Shown here: positions 20,242-30,504 of the stretch, piece by piece | Position numbering within the stretch: the first letter of the stretch is position 1 | Layout of the letters: every line of letters begins with the position of its first letter | Origin: an uncultured Poribacteria bacterium | Lineage (GTDB): Bacteria; Poribacteria; WGA-4E; WGA-3G | Length of the DNA stretch: 64,000 bases | Assembly (NCBI GenBank): GCA_958296135.2 | Contig: CATQHZ020000001.1 | Span: 416,001-480,000 of the forward strand | Reading direction: 5' to 3' | The notes under the pieces: generated by a model | Database searches by the model: none | Seen by the model: only the letters and a program-made list of their open reading frames with translations | What the model was told of the DNA's origin: nothing | Program-made: the position numbers and the translations under genes

Positions 20242-22598
20242 AGCTCCTGATGCGTGCCGATTTCGTCAACTTCGCCATCTTTGAGGACGACGAGCCGGTC
20301 GGCATATTTGAGCGTCGACAACCGGTGTGCGATGGCAAAAACGGTGCGTCCGCGCACGAGGCGTTCTAACGCTTCCTGAATCTTGGATTCTGTCTCGGTG
20401 TCCACAGAAGAAGTTGCCTCGTCTAGGATGAGGACGCGCGGGTTTTTCAGAATCGCCCGTGCGATGGAAATCCGTTGGCGTTCGCCGCCGGAGACGCGTG
20501 CGCCGCGCTCGCCTACCATCGTGTCGTAGCCATCGGGGAATTTGATGATAAAATCGTGCGCGTTCGCCGCCTTCGCCGCCGCAACAATCTCGTGCCGCGT
20601 CGCACCGGGCTTGGAGTAGCCGATATTCTCCGCGATTGTGCCTTGGAACAGGAACGGGTCTTGTAGCACCACGCCGACTTGTTGCCGCAGTGCCTTCACC
20701 TTAATATCCTGAATGTCGTGCCCATCAATCTCTATAGTGCCATCGCTGGCATCGTAGAAACGGGTGATGAGATTGATGAGCGTGCTTTTCCCGGCACCGC
20801 TGTGCCCTACCAATCCAATCATCTCGCCGGCTTCCGCGCGGAAACTGACACCGTTCAGTGCGTTCTTCTCGGTATCGTAAGAGAAATAGACATCTTTGAA
20901 CTCAACAGTGCCTTGCACCTTCTCCAATGCGACAGCCTCCTTTTTATCTGCGACACTCGGCGGTGTATCAAGGATTTCAAACACCCGGTCGGCGGAAGTC
21001 GCCGCGCGCACGAACCGTTCGTTCATCTGGCACAGGGTGTAGACGGGCCTGAAGAACCGCTGCATAAAACCCTGGAACATGAACAGTTCGCCCAGCGTGA
21101 GTTGGGCGTTGAATATCTGCTGTCCGCCAACGAAGTAAATGATGATGGTACCGGAGAAGAGGATGAATTCCATGATAGGACGGAAAAGTGTATACAGTTT
21201 CGCCGCGTTCATCTCACCGTGGAAGACCTGGTAGGTGTACTCGTTAAAACGGCTGACTTCGTGGCGTTCCCGCGCGAATGCCTTGACGACGCGCACGCCG
21301 GGAATCGTGCTCGCCAGCAGCGTGCTGATGTTGGCATACCGTTTCCATAACACGCGGAAAACCTTGCTCATCTTGTGTCCAAAAAAGATGGTGAAGAAGA
21401 TGAGACACGGGATGGGAATTACAGCCCAGAGTGCTAACTGCCAATTCGCAGAGAACATAAACATGGCGATAAAGATAAGCGTCAGCGAATCGCCGATGAT
21501 GTCCTGTAACCCATTGGCGATGAAGTCACGCAGACGGGAGACATCTTCGGTAATCCTCGACATCAGGTTGCCGGTCTCGCGTTCTTGATAGAAATCGAGT
21601 GAGAGCGCGTTGAGATGTTCGTAGGTTTCGTTGCGAAGCCGCCGGGTGACGTTCTGTCCCACCCATGCCATCATATAGCCGCGGATCGCCGATGTCGCCA
21701 TCGTGAAGACGTTGACTCCCGCCATTAAAATGACAAGGAAGACGAGGTGTCCCCATCCGCCTGAGGTTGGCGTGGCGGCAAACCAGCTCCCTAGCCAGTT
21801 CATGAAACCTTCTAGGTGGCCCCAACTCGTTTCTGCAATCGGCTCTCCGTTTGCCACAGCCTGAGCAACCGGGGTGAGGACGTTATCTATCATCTGCGGT
21901 TTGAGAATCTCAGGGTAAAGTGAGACGAACCGGATGACCATCATCAATGCGAGTGCTGGCAAGACGACGTACCAGAACGGGAACGCATATTTGATGAGCC
22001 GGAAAATCAGTTGTCGCTTTTCAACGCAGTGAACGCAGACACCAGACCAGCTCGGAATCGGACGGCCGCACGTTTCACACTTATCCTTGTTTTTGCCAAT
22101 GCCTCTCGGTTTAGGGTGCCCTTTTCCGTTATCTGCATTGGGATTCGCAGTCACCACGAGTTTCTCAAGTTCCGGGGTTGCCAGGTCGAATTTAGGTGCG
22201 ACGCGGCGAGAGTAGCGCGCCACCTCCATGGCGTTGTCGGATGTCCGAACCTTGAGGATGTTATTGCCGTGCATCTCCACGACATCAACAGTCTCAACGG
22301 CGTTGAGTGCGATTTCGCGAAGTTCGTGCTCGGGTGCCCCGTTCTGGTTAAAAGCGATGAGGCGACTCTCCGTAGCAATTAGCCAATCTTTGCCGTAGTT
22401 TCCATCAAACCGCAAGTCGGTTGAGAGGGAAACCTTAATTTCCTCCCCGTCTGAAAGTAGTGCCTTCGCCCGTTTCTCCAAACTTTCGGGCAGTTCTTCG
22501 GTTGTGGTTAATTCTTCGTCTGCTTGCTTCTCGAAGTGTGCGCGTCCGTAAGAATGTCGCTTACTCATCCGGTAGAGTTCGCGCCGCGAGTCTCGCAT
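20169..22598 (-). CDS. ABC transporter, fused permease/ATPase with N-terminal extension and CxxC..CxxC linker
   Basis: GHSGAGKST, VSGGERQR, ILDEATS, AHRLST; ATG 22598 is 7 nt from GGAGG. Confidence 0.93.
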   Translation of the reverse strand: MRDSRRELYRMSKRHSYGRAHFEKQADEELTTTEELPESLEKRAKALLSDGEEIKVSLSTDLRFDGNYGKDWLIATESRLIAFNQNGAPEHELREIALNAVETVDVVEMHGNNILKVRTSDNAMEVARYSRRVAPKFDLATPELEKLVVTANPNADNGKGHPKPRGIGKNKDKCETCGRPIPSWSGVCVHCVEKRQLIFRLIKYAFPFWYVVLPALALMMVIRFVSLYPEILKPQMIDNVLTPVAQAVANGEPIAETSWGHLEGFMNWLGSWFAATPTSGGWGHLVFLVILMAGVNVFTMATSAIRGYMMAWVGQNVTRRLRNETYEHLNALSLDFYQERETGNLMSRITEDVSRLRDFIANGLQDIIGDSLTLIFIAMFMFSANWQLALWAVIPIPCLIFFTIFFGHKMSKVFRVLWKRYANISTLLASTIPGVRVVKAFARERHEVSRFNEYTYQVFHGEMNAAKLYTLFRPIMEFILFSGTIIIYFVGGQQIFNAQLTLGELFMFQGFMQRFFRPVYTLCQMNERFVRAATSADRVFEILDTPPSVADKKEAVALEKVQGTVEFKDVYFSYDTEKNALNGVSFRAEAGEMIGLVGHSGAGKSTLINLITRFYDASDGTIEIDGHDIQDIKVKALRQQVGVVLQDPFLFQGTIAENIGYSKPGATRHEIVAAAKAANAHDFIIKFPDGYDTMVGERGARVSGGERQRISIARAILKNPRVLILDEATSSVDTETESKIQEALERLVRGRTVFAIAHRLSTLKYADRLVVLKDGEVDEIGTHQELLAKEGTYAGLCTKQTELSKIRAW

Positions 22599-22985
22599 AA
22601 TCAAACCTCCACAGCAGTCTTCGTCATCGGTATGGGCACGCCAGTTTTCATCGGTATTCCGTTTCCTGGGATGTCCCTCCTACCGGGAGAGGGCCCGCGG
22701 CACCGGAAAACGAAAGGGTTCTGGTAAACGATGCCCTAAATTAGTTTATTTAACGAAAAAGTTGAGAAAAGGTTGAAAAAAATTACAAAAACCGTGGAAA
22801 ATCCTGCGAAACAGCAATTAACCGATTATTTTTTTAATCTTCATCTGATCTTGATTTATTTGAGTTCATGCGAGCTCAAACTACAGAGGTGAGACAACTA
22901 AATGTCCCTGGTCAAGCAATTTAAAAGGCCCACAATTTCGGAAATGATGTTATGATATGCATCAGATTTTAATGTCCACAGTGAG

Positions 22986-24803
22986 GTGAAGAATTTGAGC
23001 ATTGTTGTCCATGTCACGCACGAAGCCATCCAGAAAATGGGTGGCATCGGCGCAGTTTTAGAAGGGTTGCTTGCTACCCATACCTACAAAGCAGCTATTG
23101 AACGCACGTTCCTTATCGGCCCGCTTTTCCCCGGCGCAGATTTGAGCGGCTTGGATACCGTCCTCTATCACGCCGCCGAAGGCATCACGGCAACGCCCCA
23201 CGCCGACGCGCTCAGCGGTATTGAGCAAACCTACGGCGTAGCTCTCGTCCACGGACAACGGCGGTTCGCGGACGAAAACCAGAATATCACGCTGCTCACC
23301 GACGTGATTCTGGTAGATGTCTCAAAGAGTTATGAACAACCCACATCCCTATTCAAGTGGGAGCTCTACGAACAGTTTCACATTGAATCGAGCCGCTATG
23401 AAAGCGAATGGGAGTTTGAGGAATACGTCCGGCTTGCCGAACCTGCGTATGACGCGTTGCGCGTGCTTCTTACCCAATCACCGCAAGGCACCGTAGCGCG
23501 AGGGCCTGTCCTTCTCGAACGCCAGAATCCCCCCAATGTCTTCATCATCTCGCACGAGTTTATGGGGATGCCGCTGGTTCTCAAAACGCTAATCGAGCGG
23601 CGGAAAGGCGATGAAGTTGCGGCGAAGATGCGCACTATTTTTTACGCGCACGAAGTCGCAACGATACGTCCTATTGTCGAGGGGCACCCTGGGCACGATA
23701 TTCGGTTCTATAATGTGCTGAGACACGCAATGTTGCAAGGTAAGTCCATCCGCGATGTGTTCGAGGATCCGTTTTGGTATTTCAAGCACGCGCTCATCGA
23801 CAAAGCGCACTTGTGCGATGCCATCTTCGCTGTGGGCGACCTGGTGGTGGACGAACTCCGCTTTCTGGCGAAGCCGTTTGAGGACTATCCGATTAACCTC
23901 GTTTACAACGGTATTCCGGCGTTTGAGGTGAATTTAGCGGAGAAACTCGCCTCGAAAGCGCGCCTCCAAGACTATGCGGAAACACTGCTGGATTACCGTC
24001 CCGATTACGTCTTCACGCACGTGACGCGGCTCGTCAAAAGCAAGGGGTTGTGGCGCGATTTGCAGGTGCTGACGCATCTCGATTCCCTGCTGGCCTCTAA
24101 TGACAAGACAGCGGTGCTGTTCATTCTGTCAACAGAAATTGCCACCGGCAGACCAAACGAGACGATTCATCAGATGGAGCGGGACTATGGCTGGCCCGTC
24201 TATCACAAAATCGGCTATCCAGATCTGGTTGGTGCTGAGATAGAACTCAACAACGGCGTTTCGGCGTTCAATCTCCACTCCAAAGCGATCAAAGTGGTGT
24301 TCCTCAACCAGTTCGGGTGGAGCCGCGCCACGTGCGGTGTCCGCATGCCAGCGGAAATGGAGTTTATGGATATCCGCAAGGGGAGCGATGCAGAATTCGG
24401 GCAGTCGATTTATGAGCCCTTCGGCATCGCGCAGGTGGAGCCGCTCAGTTTCGGTGCCATTTGTGTGGTGAGCAATGTCTGTGGGTGTTGCGGGTTTATC
24501 CAGCGCGCGACTGGTGAACGCGATGTCCCGAATGTCGTTATCGCCGATTATACGCACCTCGGCATTCCGCCGGATTCAATAGAGACGATTCTTCAATTCG
24601 GTTTGGCGGAACGGCACGAGATCGAGGCGGAGAATAGCCGCGATATTGCGGCGAAGCTTCTCGGCCGCTTGCCGCGTAAACCTCGCGATGTTGCGGAGAT
24701 GATTCAGGAAGGCTACGAAATTGCTTCGCGCATGAGTTGGGAGGTTGTGGTGGATGAGTATTTCTTGCCGGGTTTGCAACGCGCGCTGTCGGCGGGTGCT
24801 TAA
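22986..24803 (+). CDS. Glycosyltransferase resembling GT3 (eukaryote-type) glycogen synthase
   Basis: HEAIQKMGGIG (cf. EVxNKxGGI), SHEFMG, KG, YEPFG; contains a REP-derived in-frame segment. Confidence 0.7.
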   Translation: MKNLSIVVHVTHEAIQKMGGIGAVLEGLLATHTYKAAIERTFLIGPLFPGADLSGLDTVLYHAAEGITATPHADALSGIEQTYGVALVHGQRRFADENQNITLLTDVILVDVSKSYEQPTSLFKWELYEQFHIESSRYESEWEFEEYVRLAEPAYDALRVLLTQSPQGTVARGPVLLERQNPPNVFIISHEFMGMPLVLKTLIERRKGDEVAAKMRTIFYAHEVATIRPIVEGHPGHDIRFYNVLRHAMLQGKSIRDVFEDPFWYFKHALIDKAHLCDAIFAVGDLVVDELRFLAKPFEDYPINLVYNGIPAFEVNLAEKLASKARLQDYAETLLDYRPDYVFTHVTRLVKSKGLWRDLQVLTHLDSLLASNDKTAVLFILSTEIATGRPNETIHQMERDYGWPVYHKIGYPDLVGAEIELNNGVSAFNLHSKAIKVVFLNQFGWSRATCGVRMPAEMEFMDIRKGSDAEFGQSIYEPFGIAQVEPLSFGAICVVSNVCGCCGFIQRATGERDVPNVVIADYTHLGIPPDSIETILQFGLAERHEIEAENSRDIAAKLLGRLPRKPRDVAEMIQEGYEIASRMSWEVVVDEYFLPGLQRALSAGA

Positions 24804-25034
24804 TCGTAGGCCGTGAAATCCCCCGCGCAACGGAAAAGCAGGGCGATCCCTACCGCTGAGTCACATAGCCACTTGCGCGCCGCGGTCGCCCGGTGTCTCT
24901 TTTTAAACGTAACATGCAGGGATGCCCCAATCCGGTCTGTTGGATAGAATGAAGTTCGGGTGAGGATGCTGAGAAAGCCGCCGCGAAAAAGCGACCAAAG
25001 TGACACTTTTTTTGCGTTTTGAAAGTGTCACTTT

Positions 25035-25247
25035 TTAAGGAGATGGCCGAGACCCCCTTTCGGTTGCGCACAATGCCACCGGTTGCATCGTGCGCCGTTC
25101 GTAGAACCACAGTCCAATTTCGGTTGCGACAGCGAGATGCACGCCATCCGGCGAAAACGCCATGTCTCGCACTATCCCGCGCCCTAGACGGGCAATCGCA
25201 CCTTCTGGAAGTGTCCATGTCGTTACTTCATTGCCGTTAATTTTCAT
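25035..25247 (-). pseudogene. Truncated WD40-repeat protein N-terminus
   Basis: Strong RBS; WTLPEGAIARLGRG...AFSPDGVHLAVAT..GLWFY, then an apparent frameshift in a G5 run and loss of similarity. Confidence 0.7.
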
Positions 25248-25363
25248 AAGAGTCTCCTTCCTTTCGATGTGCGGGGACAGGCGTTGAGCCCTGTCCCTAC
25301 GCGATTGCGGCTTCCTATTGCCGAGTGTCTTGCGGAGAACCTTTTTCGGTTTAGCAAACATCT

Positions 25364-26347
25364 TCATCGTGCAACCGACGCTCGCGCTTTCAGTTTGCCC
25401 CAGGTTGTCACGAGGGAATCAGTAGGTTCAACGGGGTAGGTTTTATTCGCCCAGTCAAATAACCATACCAACCCATTAAGTGCCCGCAAAATCGGTTCGG
25501 GTTCGCCGCCTGCTACTGGCACAACGAAATTGCCTGTTGCCCGCAATTGCTCAATGTTTTGGATATCCACATTCGTATAGGAAGCATAGGCGATGTATTG
25601 TCCATCGGGAGACCAGGCTGGATGGAAATAGAGATAGTCTTTTCTCACCTGCAACATCTCTACGTCTGCATTCGGGTGCGGGGTAGTCACGGCAATGCCT
25701 TCTGTCCACAGCTGCGCGTTTCGCGCTACCGATGCACTAACGGCAATCTGTTTTCCATTCGGTGAAAAGGCAGGCTCGTCTGCATCCTCGGTAATTTTCC
25801 AAGATTCCATGGTAACCAGATTGAGGTGGATTAAGTTGGAGTCGCTGTCTTGAAACACGATTCGCTGTTCGTTTGGGTGCCAGCAAACCGAAGAAACGCC
25901 TTGAAAGGGTAACGTCTCGATTTTGGGAACGGGTTTCTCTACCTGATGCGCCTTGATGAGTTGTAAGTCCCCGTTTCCGTTGAAGACAACATCCCCGGTT
26001 TTTGAGATGTCGGCACTATCGCTCCAATCGAACCGGCCACGGGTTAAATTTTTGCCGGCTCTCCGTTTGCGCAAATCAAAGCGATAAATATCAATCTTCT
26101 CTAATTCTTCAGCGGCGACGAGCAGGTATCTATCGCCTTCTTGGACAGAGAGGCTGTGAATCTGTTCAAAGGTTCGGTTGAAAAGTTGCCGGGCGTTGGT
26201 GCCGTCTACGTTGGCAATCCAAACTTCGCCCCATTTGATGGGATGCACAAAGATAATCTCTCCCGCCGGTGCAGCGTGAAGCACCGTTGTGATGAAGAAC
26301 AGGAGAACGCTGAAAGAAAACAGGCAGCGCGGAATAAAACTATTCAT
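25364..26347 (-). CDS. Secreted TolB-like/PD40 beta-propeller protein with C-terminal VEP..LVTTWGKLK motif
   Basis: Signal peptide from ATG 26347; PAFSPNG and PAWSPDG repeats. Confidence 0.85.
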   Translation of the reverse strand: MNSFIPRCLFSFSVLLFFITTVLHAAPAGEIIFVHPIKWGEVWIANVDGTNARQLFNRTFEQIHSLSVQEGDRYLLVAAEELEKIDIYRFDLRKRRAGKNLTRGRFDWSDSADISKTGDVVFNGNGDLQLIKAHQVEKPVPKIETLPFQGVSSVCWHPNEQRIVFQDSDSNLIHLNLVTMESWKITEDADEPAFSPNGKQIAVSASVARNAQLWTEGIAVTTPHPNADVEMLQVRKDYLYFHPAWSPDGQYIAYASYTNVDIQNIEQLRATGNFVVPVAGGEPEPILRALNGLVWLFDWANKTYPVEPTDSLVTTWGKLKARASVAR

Positions 26348-26612
26348 GGGTGCTCTCCCTTGCCTTATCCCACAACCCTTCCCCCACAACGAGAAGATAC
26401 CGGTCCCCTTCTTGAATGGACATCTCCAGGATAAAAAGCGGCGGATGAAAGAGGCGTTGCACATTGCGGCCATTGCCGTTGCTCCGCCAAATTCCGCCTT
26501 CCACCTGAGTAAAGATGATTTCCCCATCGGGAACAGCATTTACCGTGAAAGGCAAGAATAGGAGACAAACGTAGAGGAATTTCGGTGCGGTTCTGGCAAA
26601 ATTCTCTATCAT
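26340..26612 (-). pseudogene. Truncated tandem paralog of the downstream propeller gene
   Basis: Signal peptide, then GEIIF...SIQEGDRYLLV (the neighbour has SVQEGDRYLLV); stops after 90 aa. Confidence 0.75.
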
Positions 26613-26994
26613 AGTTAGTTGCGTTTGAGTTCCCATCCGAGAACAACTAGAAAGGGTTTGCAACTGGCCCATTTTCAATAAAGTCTAGTTTGCGGCAAAA
26701 CCAAGGAAGGATCTGCCGATTAGCAGCACGACTGCTAAAATTAAGATTCCTTGGTTTGACAATTTCAACTGTCTCATGATAACACTCCTTCTGTGTTAAA
26801 ATCAAACAAAATTAACTTGAAAACAGATTGACATCATGTCTCCTGCCGATTTTTAGAAGGACGCAGATCCAAAATGCACCCGGACCGCCCGAATAAAAAA
26901 AGATGAGGCGAGGAAAATCGTTCGGGAACTCTTGCAGAAATTGCCAATTTTTGGTAAGATGAGGGGCAAGGAAAACCGATTGGGAGGAAACTCG

Positions 26995-27837
26995 ATGAAC
27001 TCCAAGCAAACTCTAACCGATACCGCAATGCCGATGACACCGGATCAGAAGTTTTTCTTCGATCTGCGCGGCTGGATTCTGTTACCGGCCATCTTGTCTG
27101 AAGCAGAAATCGAAGAGATGAAAGCAGAAGTGTATGCGGGTGCTAGACAGAGTTATCAAGGCGCGCTCCAGCACTTACTCGATCATCCGGCCATCGTCGG
27201 CATTTTGAACGAGATTTTGTCTGAAGAACCTTTTGTCAGAGACGACTGTTACGGCTTCCGATGCGAAGGTTCGTTCACGACGGTGAGACATCCGGGATGG
27301 GACGTTTCCGAGCGCGGCGATAATGGGCTGCCGCACGTCGTCCGTCCGCCGCAACAAGCAAACGCGATGCGGTATCAGGTTGCGGGTGGAAAAATCTTTG
27401 CCGGTCTGACGCGCGTGGTGTGGGAATTGGAAGAGGTGAAGTCGGGACAAGGCGGCACCTCTTTCCTCAGCGGTTCGCACAAGGCCCATTTCAACTACGG
27501 TGGCCCGGATCCGTATCGGCCCAACATCGGCGGTTCGCCGTGGGAGGCGAATATGCGCGAGGCAATGGACGAATATAGTTGTCCGCCGGGCTCCGTGGTC
27601 ATTTTCACGGAGAGTCTTGTTCACGCGGCGAATGATTGGACGAATCCGGATAATCCGCGCTGCGCTGTGTTCAACTGCTACAACTCGATTTGGGCGCAGT
27701 GGCATCGGCTTAACCTGAGTCATGAGGTGGTAGAAACAATGCCGCCGAAGCGGCAGTCGTTGTTCCGTGGCACTTGGGCTATTGGTGGTGGGCCGGGTGG
27801 CAACAGCGCGTATTCGCTGGACAATCGGACGACTTGA
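26995..27837 (+). CDS. PhyH-family (2OG-Fe(II)-like) protein
   Basis: QKFFFDLRGW, LLDHP, GSHKAHF, PPGSVVIFTESLVH; GGAGG RBS before ATG 26995. Confidence 0.85.
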   Translation: MNSKQTLTDTAMPMTPDQKFFFDLRGWILLPAILSEAEIEEMKAEVYAGARQSYQGALQHLLDHPAIVGILNEILSEEPFVRDDCYGFRCEGSFTTVRHPGWDVSERGDNGLPHVVRPPQQANAMRYQVAGGKIFAGLTRVVWELEEVKSGQGGTSFLSGSHKAHFNYGGPDPYRPNIGGSPWEANMREAMDEYSCPPGSVVIFTESLVHAANDWTNPDNPRCAVFNCYNSIWAQWHRLNLSHEVVETMPPKRQSLFRGTWAIGGGPGGNSAYSLDNRTT

Positions 27838-27844
27838 ACCGTCC

Positions 27845-28180
27845 TGCGCCCTACGGAGGGGAGCATGCTTCAGGCAAAAACACCCCGGCCCCCGTAGCGC
27901 GAGGGCCCGGCGATCGCGAATCGCCGAGGGTTTCCCTCGCGAGCTCTCGACCGGGACGAAAACGCTTGCGAAGCGCGTTGCACGGCGAAGGACAAAACCG
28001 CGCACTACGGTGAAAAAAGGGGATCGGGGCTGTCTCTCGCGAACGGGGCATGGCGAGGGACAGTGGACATCTCTGCAGCGAGGCGGCAGAGATGACAAAG
28101 TTTCGGCGTAACGGCCCTCGCCCTACGGTGAATAGGCGGGACCCTAGCGGGCGAGGGACAAAACCGCGCACTACGGAACC
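27845..28180. repeat. REP cluster including a composite REP and a 50-bp nested insert
   Basis: Several GTAG/CTAC hairpins; insert 28063-28112 interrupts the REP loop. Confidence 0.85.
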
Positions 28181-30252
28181 GGGAGCAAGACTTGCGCGCT
28201 GCGGGCAGGCACATACAATTGGATTGACTGCGCCTGTCCATCCATCGGCCCATCCATCGAAATATCCTGCCACGGATAGTGCGCCGCCGCTTCCACATGC
28301 CCCTGCCCGCCATAACCGATGTCATCTGTATTGAGGACAACACGGTAATCGGCAGGTTGCGGCACAGGGATACGCCAGTCCCGATAGGAGGCAGTCGGAT
28401 GGAAATTGAAGACGCAGACGAGCCCGCCGCGCGCGTACACGAGCTGCTTCGCCTCTTCGTGAATAAAGAGGAGCTGAACCTCGGTATCGCTTAGCAAATG
28501 GAAGTGCGCATCGAGTTGTTGCATCGCCGCGTCGAAAGCGTTGAGGTGTTGGTAACGGAGGGTATCGTCATCGACGAGGTGCCACTGCCGTCGCGCGTAG
28601 TGATATGAGTGGTTATTGCCCGCGCGTGGGAAGTCGATCCATTCCGGGTGCCCGAATTCGTTGCCCATAAAGTTGAGGTATCCCTCGCCGCCGAGGCTAA
28701 AGGTGAGGAGGCGTATGAGTTTATGCATCGCAATTCCGCGCGCGATGACCGGGTTTTCCGAGAAGATGCCCATCTTATCGTAGAGTTCTGCGTCCATCAA
28801 TTGCATCGCAAGCGTCTTATCGCCGACAATACCCTGGTCGTGGCTTTCGACGTAAGCGATATGTTTTTCGCCTGCGCGGCGGTTGAGCAGCATGCCGTAA
28901 ATGTCGCCGAGGTGCCAGTCTTCGTCTGATTTCTCTTTGAGGAGTTGGATCCAATAATCTGGGATGCCCATGGCGAGGCGGTAATCAAAACCGAGTCCGC
29001 CTTCTTCTGTCGGGCGCGCGATGCCGGGCATCCCGCTCACCTCTTCTGCAATGGAGATGGCGTTCGGGTTTACGGCGTGAATGAGTTCATTCGCCAACAT
29101 CAGGTAGGCAATCGCATCGAGTTCAACGTGCGTGTTGAAATAGTCATCGTAACCGGTGAATTTCCGTCCGATACCGTGGTCGCGGTAGAGCATACTGGTG
29201 ACACCGTCAATGCGGAACCCGTCAAACCGATAGTTCTTCAGCCAATAGCGGATGTTGCTGAGCAGCAACCGCAGTACTTCATATTGCCGGTAATCGAAAC
29301 AGCGAGAATCCCATGCGGTGTGGGTACCCTTCGCGCCGGCGTGAAAATAGTGATGCTCGGTGCCATCAAAGCGGTTCAAACCCTCTTCAACATTTTTGAC
29401 AGCATGACTATGCACCAGATCCATGATGACGCGCAACCCCATTCCGTGCGCTGTATCGATGAGGTGCTTCAACTCCTCCGGTGTCCCGAATCGGCTTGAC
29501 ACCGCAAAGAAATTGCTGACATGATACCCGAAACTGGCATAATAAGGATGTTCCATGATTGCCATCAGTTGGACGGCGTTATAGCCGAGTGCCTTAATTC
29601 GGGGGAGGATGTGCTGCGTAAATTCGGTAAAGGAACCGACTTTTTCGGCCTCTTGCGCCATGCCGATGTGCGCCTCGTAAATCCGCAATCCTTCTTTGCG
29701 GTCCGTAGTGCGAGGGCCTGTTCCTGGCGATTGCTGCGGCGGTTCTAGTCCTGTCCCTCGCGAACGTTCGTGTTCCGAGACATCATTCTGCCACTGATAT
29801 GGTTCTGGCGGGGCCCAGTACTGTCCGACAAAGGCAGCGTTTTCTTCTTGCACGACGCGCTGAATATAGGCAGGGATCCGGTCGCGTGCGCCGAGTTCGG
29901 AGACAACATGCACCTTCACTCGGCTCCCGTGGGGGAGTCCATCTGGCAGGAAGAGGTGCCATACGCCCCATTCGTCGCGCGTCATGGTGTGTGCGCCGCG
30001 GTCCCACCCGTTAAAATCGCCGATGAGGGAGAGCGCGTGCGCTGCGGGGGCCCATTCGCGATACCAGATGCCGGTTCCGCTGCGGTTGAATCCGAAATAT
30101 CGGTGCCCTTGGCTTATCTGTCCGAGTATACCGCCGCCTTGGCTGTCCGCATTCTCAATTTCAGCCTTGCGTTGGAGGTAGTGTGCATACCGCTGGCGCA
30201 ATTGTGCGGCATAAGGTTTTAACAACGGATCTAATTTGATAAGGGCATTCAT
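28171..30252 (-). CDS. glgB: 1,4-alpha-glucan branching enzyme (eukaryote/Bacteroidetes-like GH13)
   Basis: REWAP, IYEAHIG, YASFGYHV, DGFRIDGVTSM, AEEVSG, ESHDQ, LNFMGNEFGHPEWIDFPR. Confidence 0.93.
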   Translation of the reverse strand: MNALIKLDPLLKPYAAQLRQRYAHYLQRKAEIENADSQGGGILGQISQGHRYFGFNRSGTGIWYREWAPAAHALSLIGDFNGWDRGAHTMTRDEWGVWHLFLPDGLPHGSRVKVHVVSELGARDRIPAYIQRVVQEENAAFVGQYWAPPEPYQWQNDVSEHERSRGTGLEPPQQSPGTGPRTTDRKEGLRIYEAHIGMAQEAEKVGSFTEFTQHILPRIKALGYNAVQLMAIMEHPYYASFGYHVSNFFAVSSRFGTPEELKHLIDTAHGMGLRVIMDLVHSHAVKNVEEGLNRFDGTEHHYFHAGAKGTHTAWDSRCFDYRQYEVLRLLLSNIRYWLKNYRFDGFRIDGVTSMLYRDHGIGRKFTGYDDYFNTHVELDAIAYLMLANELIHAVNPNAISIAEEVSGMPGIARPTEEGGLGFDYRLAMGIPDYWIQLLKEKSDEDWHLGDIYGMLLNRRAGEKHIAYVESHDQGIVGDKTLAMQLMDAELYDKMGIFSENPVIARGIAMHKLIRLLTFSLGGEGYLNFMGNEFGHPEWIDFPRAGNNHSYHYARRQWHLVDDDTLRYQHLNAFDAAMQQLDAHFHLLSDTEVQLLFIHEEAKQLVYARGGLVCVFNFHPTASYRDWRIPVPQPADYRVVLNTDDIGYGGQGHVEAAAHYPWQDISMDGPMDGQAQSIQLYVPARSAQVLLPVP

Positions 30253-30270
30253 TATTTGACTCCTCAGGTT

Positions 30271-30448
30271 CGTAGGGCGAGGGCCGTTACGGTCACGCCT
30301 ACAGAAAATGTGCGTGTGTCGCCCCGCGTAAACACGGTCACGTCTACAGAAAATGTGCGTGTGTCGCCCCGCGTAAACACGCTACCTTACTTTAACTTTG
30401 TCATCTCTGCAGCCTCGCTGCAGAGATGTCCACTGTCCCTCGCCATGC
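30271..30448 (-). mobile_element. REP carrying a 148-bp nested non-autonomous element
   Basis: Reverse complement of 47217-47394 with 2 mismatches; insert 30286-30433. Confidence 0.8.
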
Positions 30449-30504
30449 TTCGCTTGCCCGAGGCATCGCGGGGGACAGGCCCCCCTCGCTACGGTAATAA
30501 TGAA

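Noticed and set aside
19760-20338. 192-aa ORF with an internal repeat
   Set aside because: Translation of the REP array and the duplicated block; it overlaps the ABC gene in another frame.
27767-28343. Several short overlapping ORFs
   Set aside because: They arise from GC-rich REP clusters and show no protein motifs; the same applies to 61293-62192.
30256-30504. N-terminal extension of the 430-aa ORF with repeated TENVRVSPRVNT
   Set aside because: Derived from the nested element; the signal peptide starts at ATG 30505.
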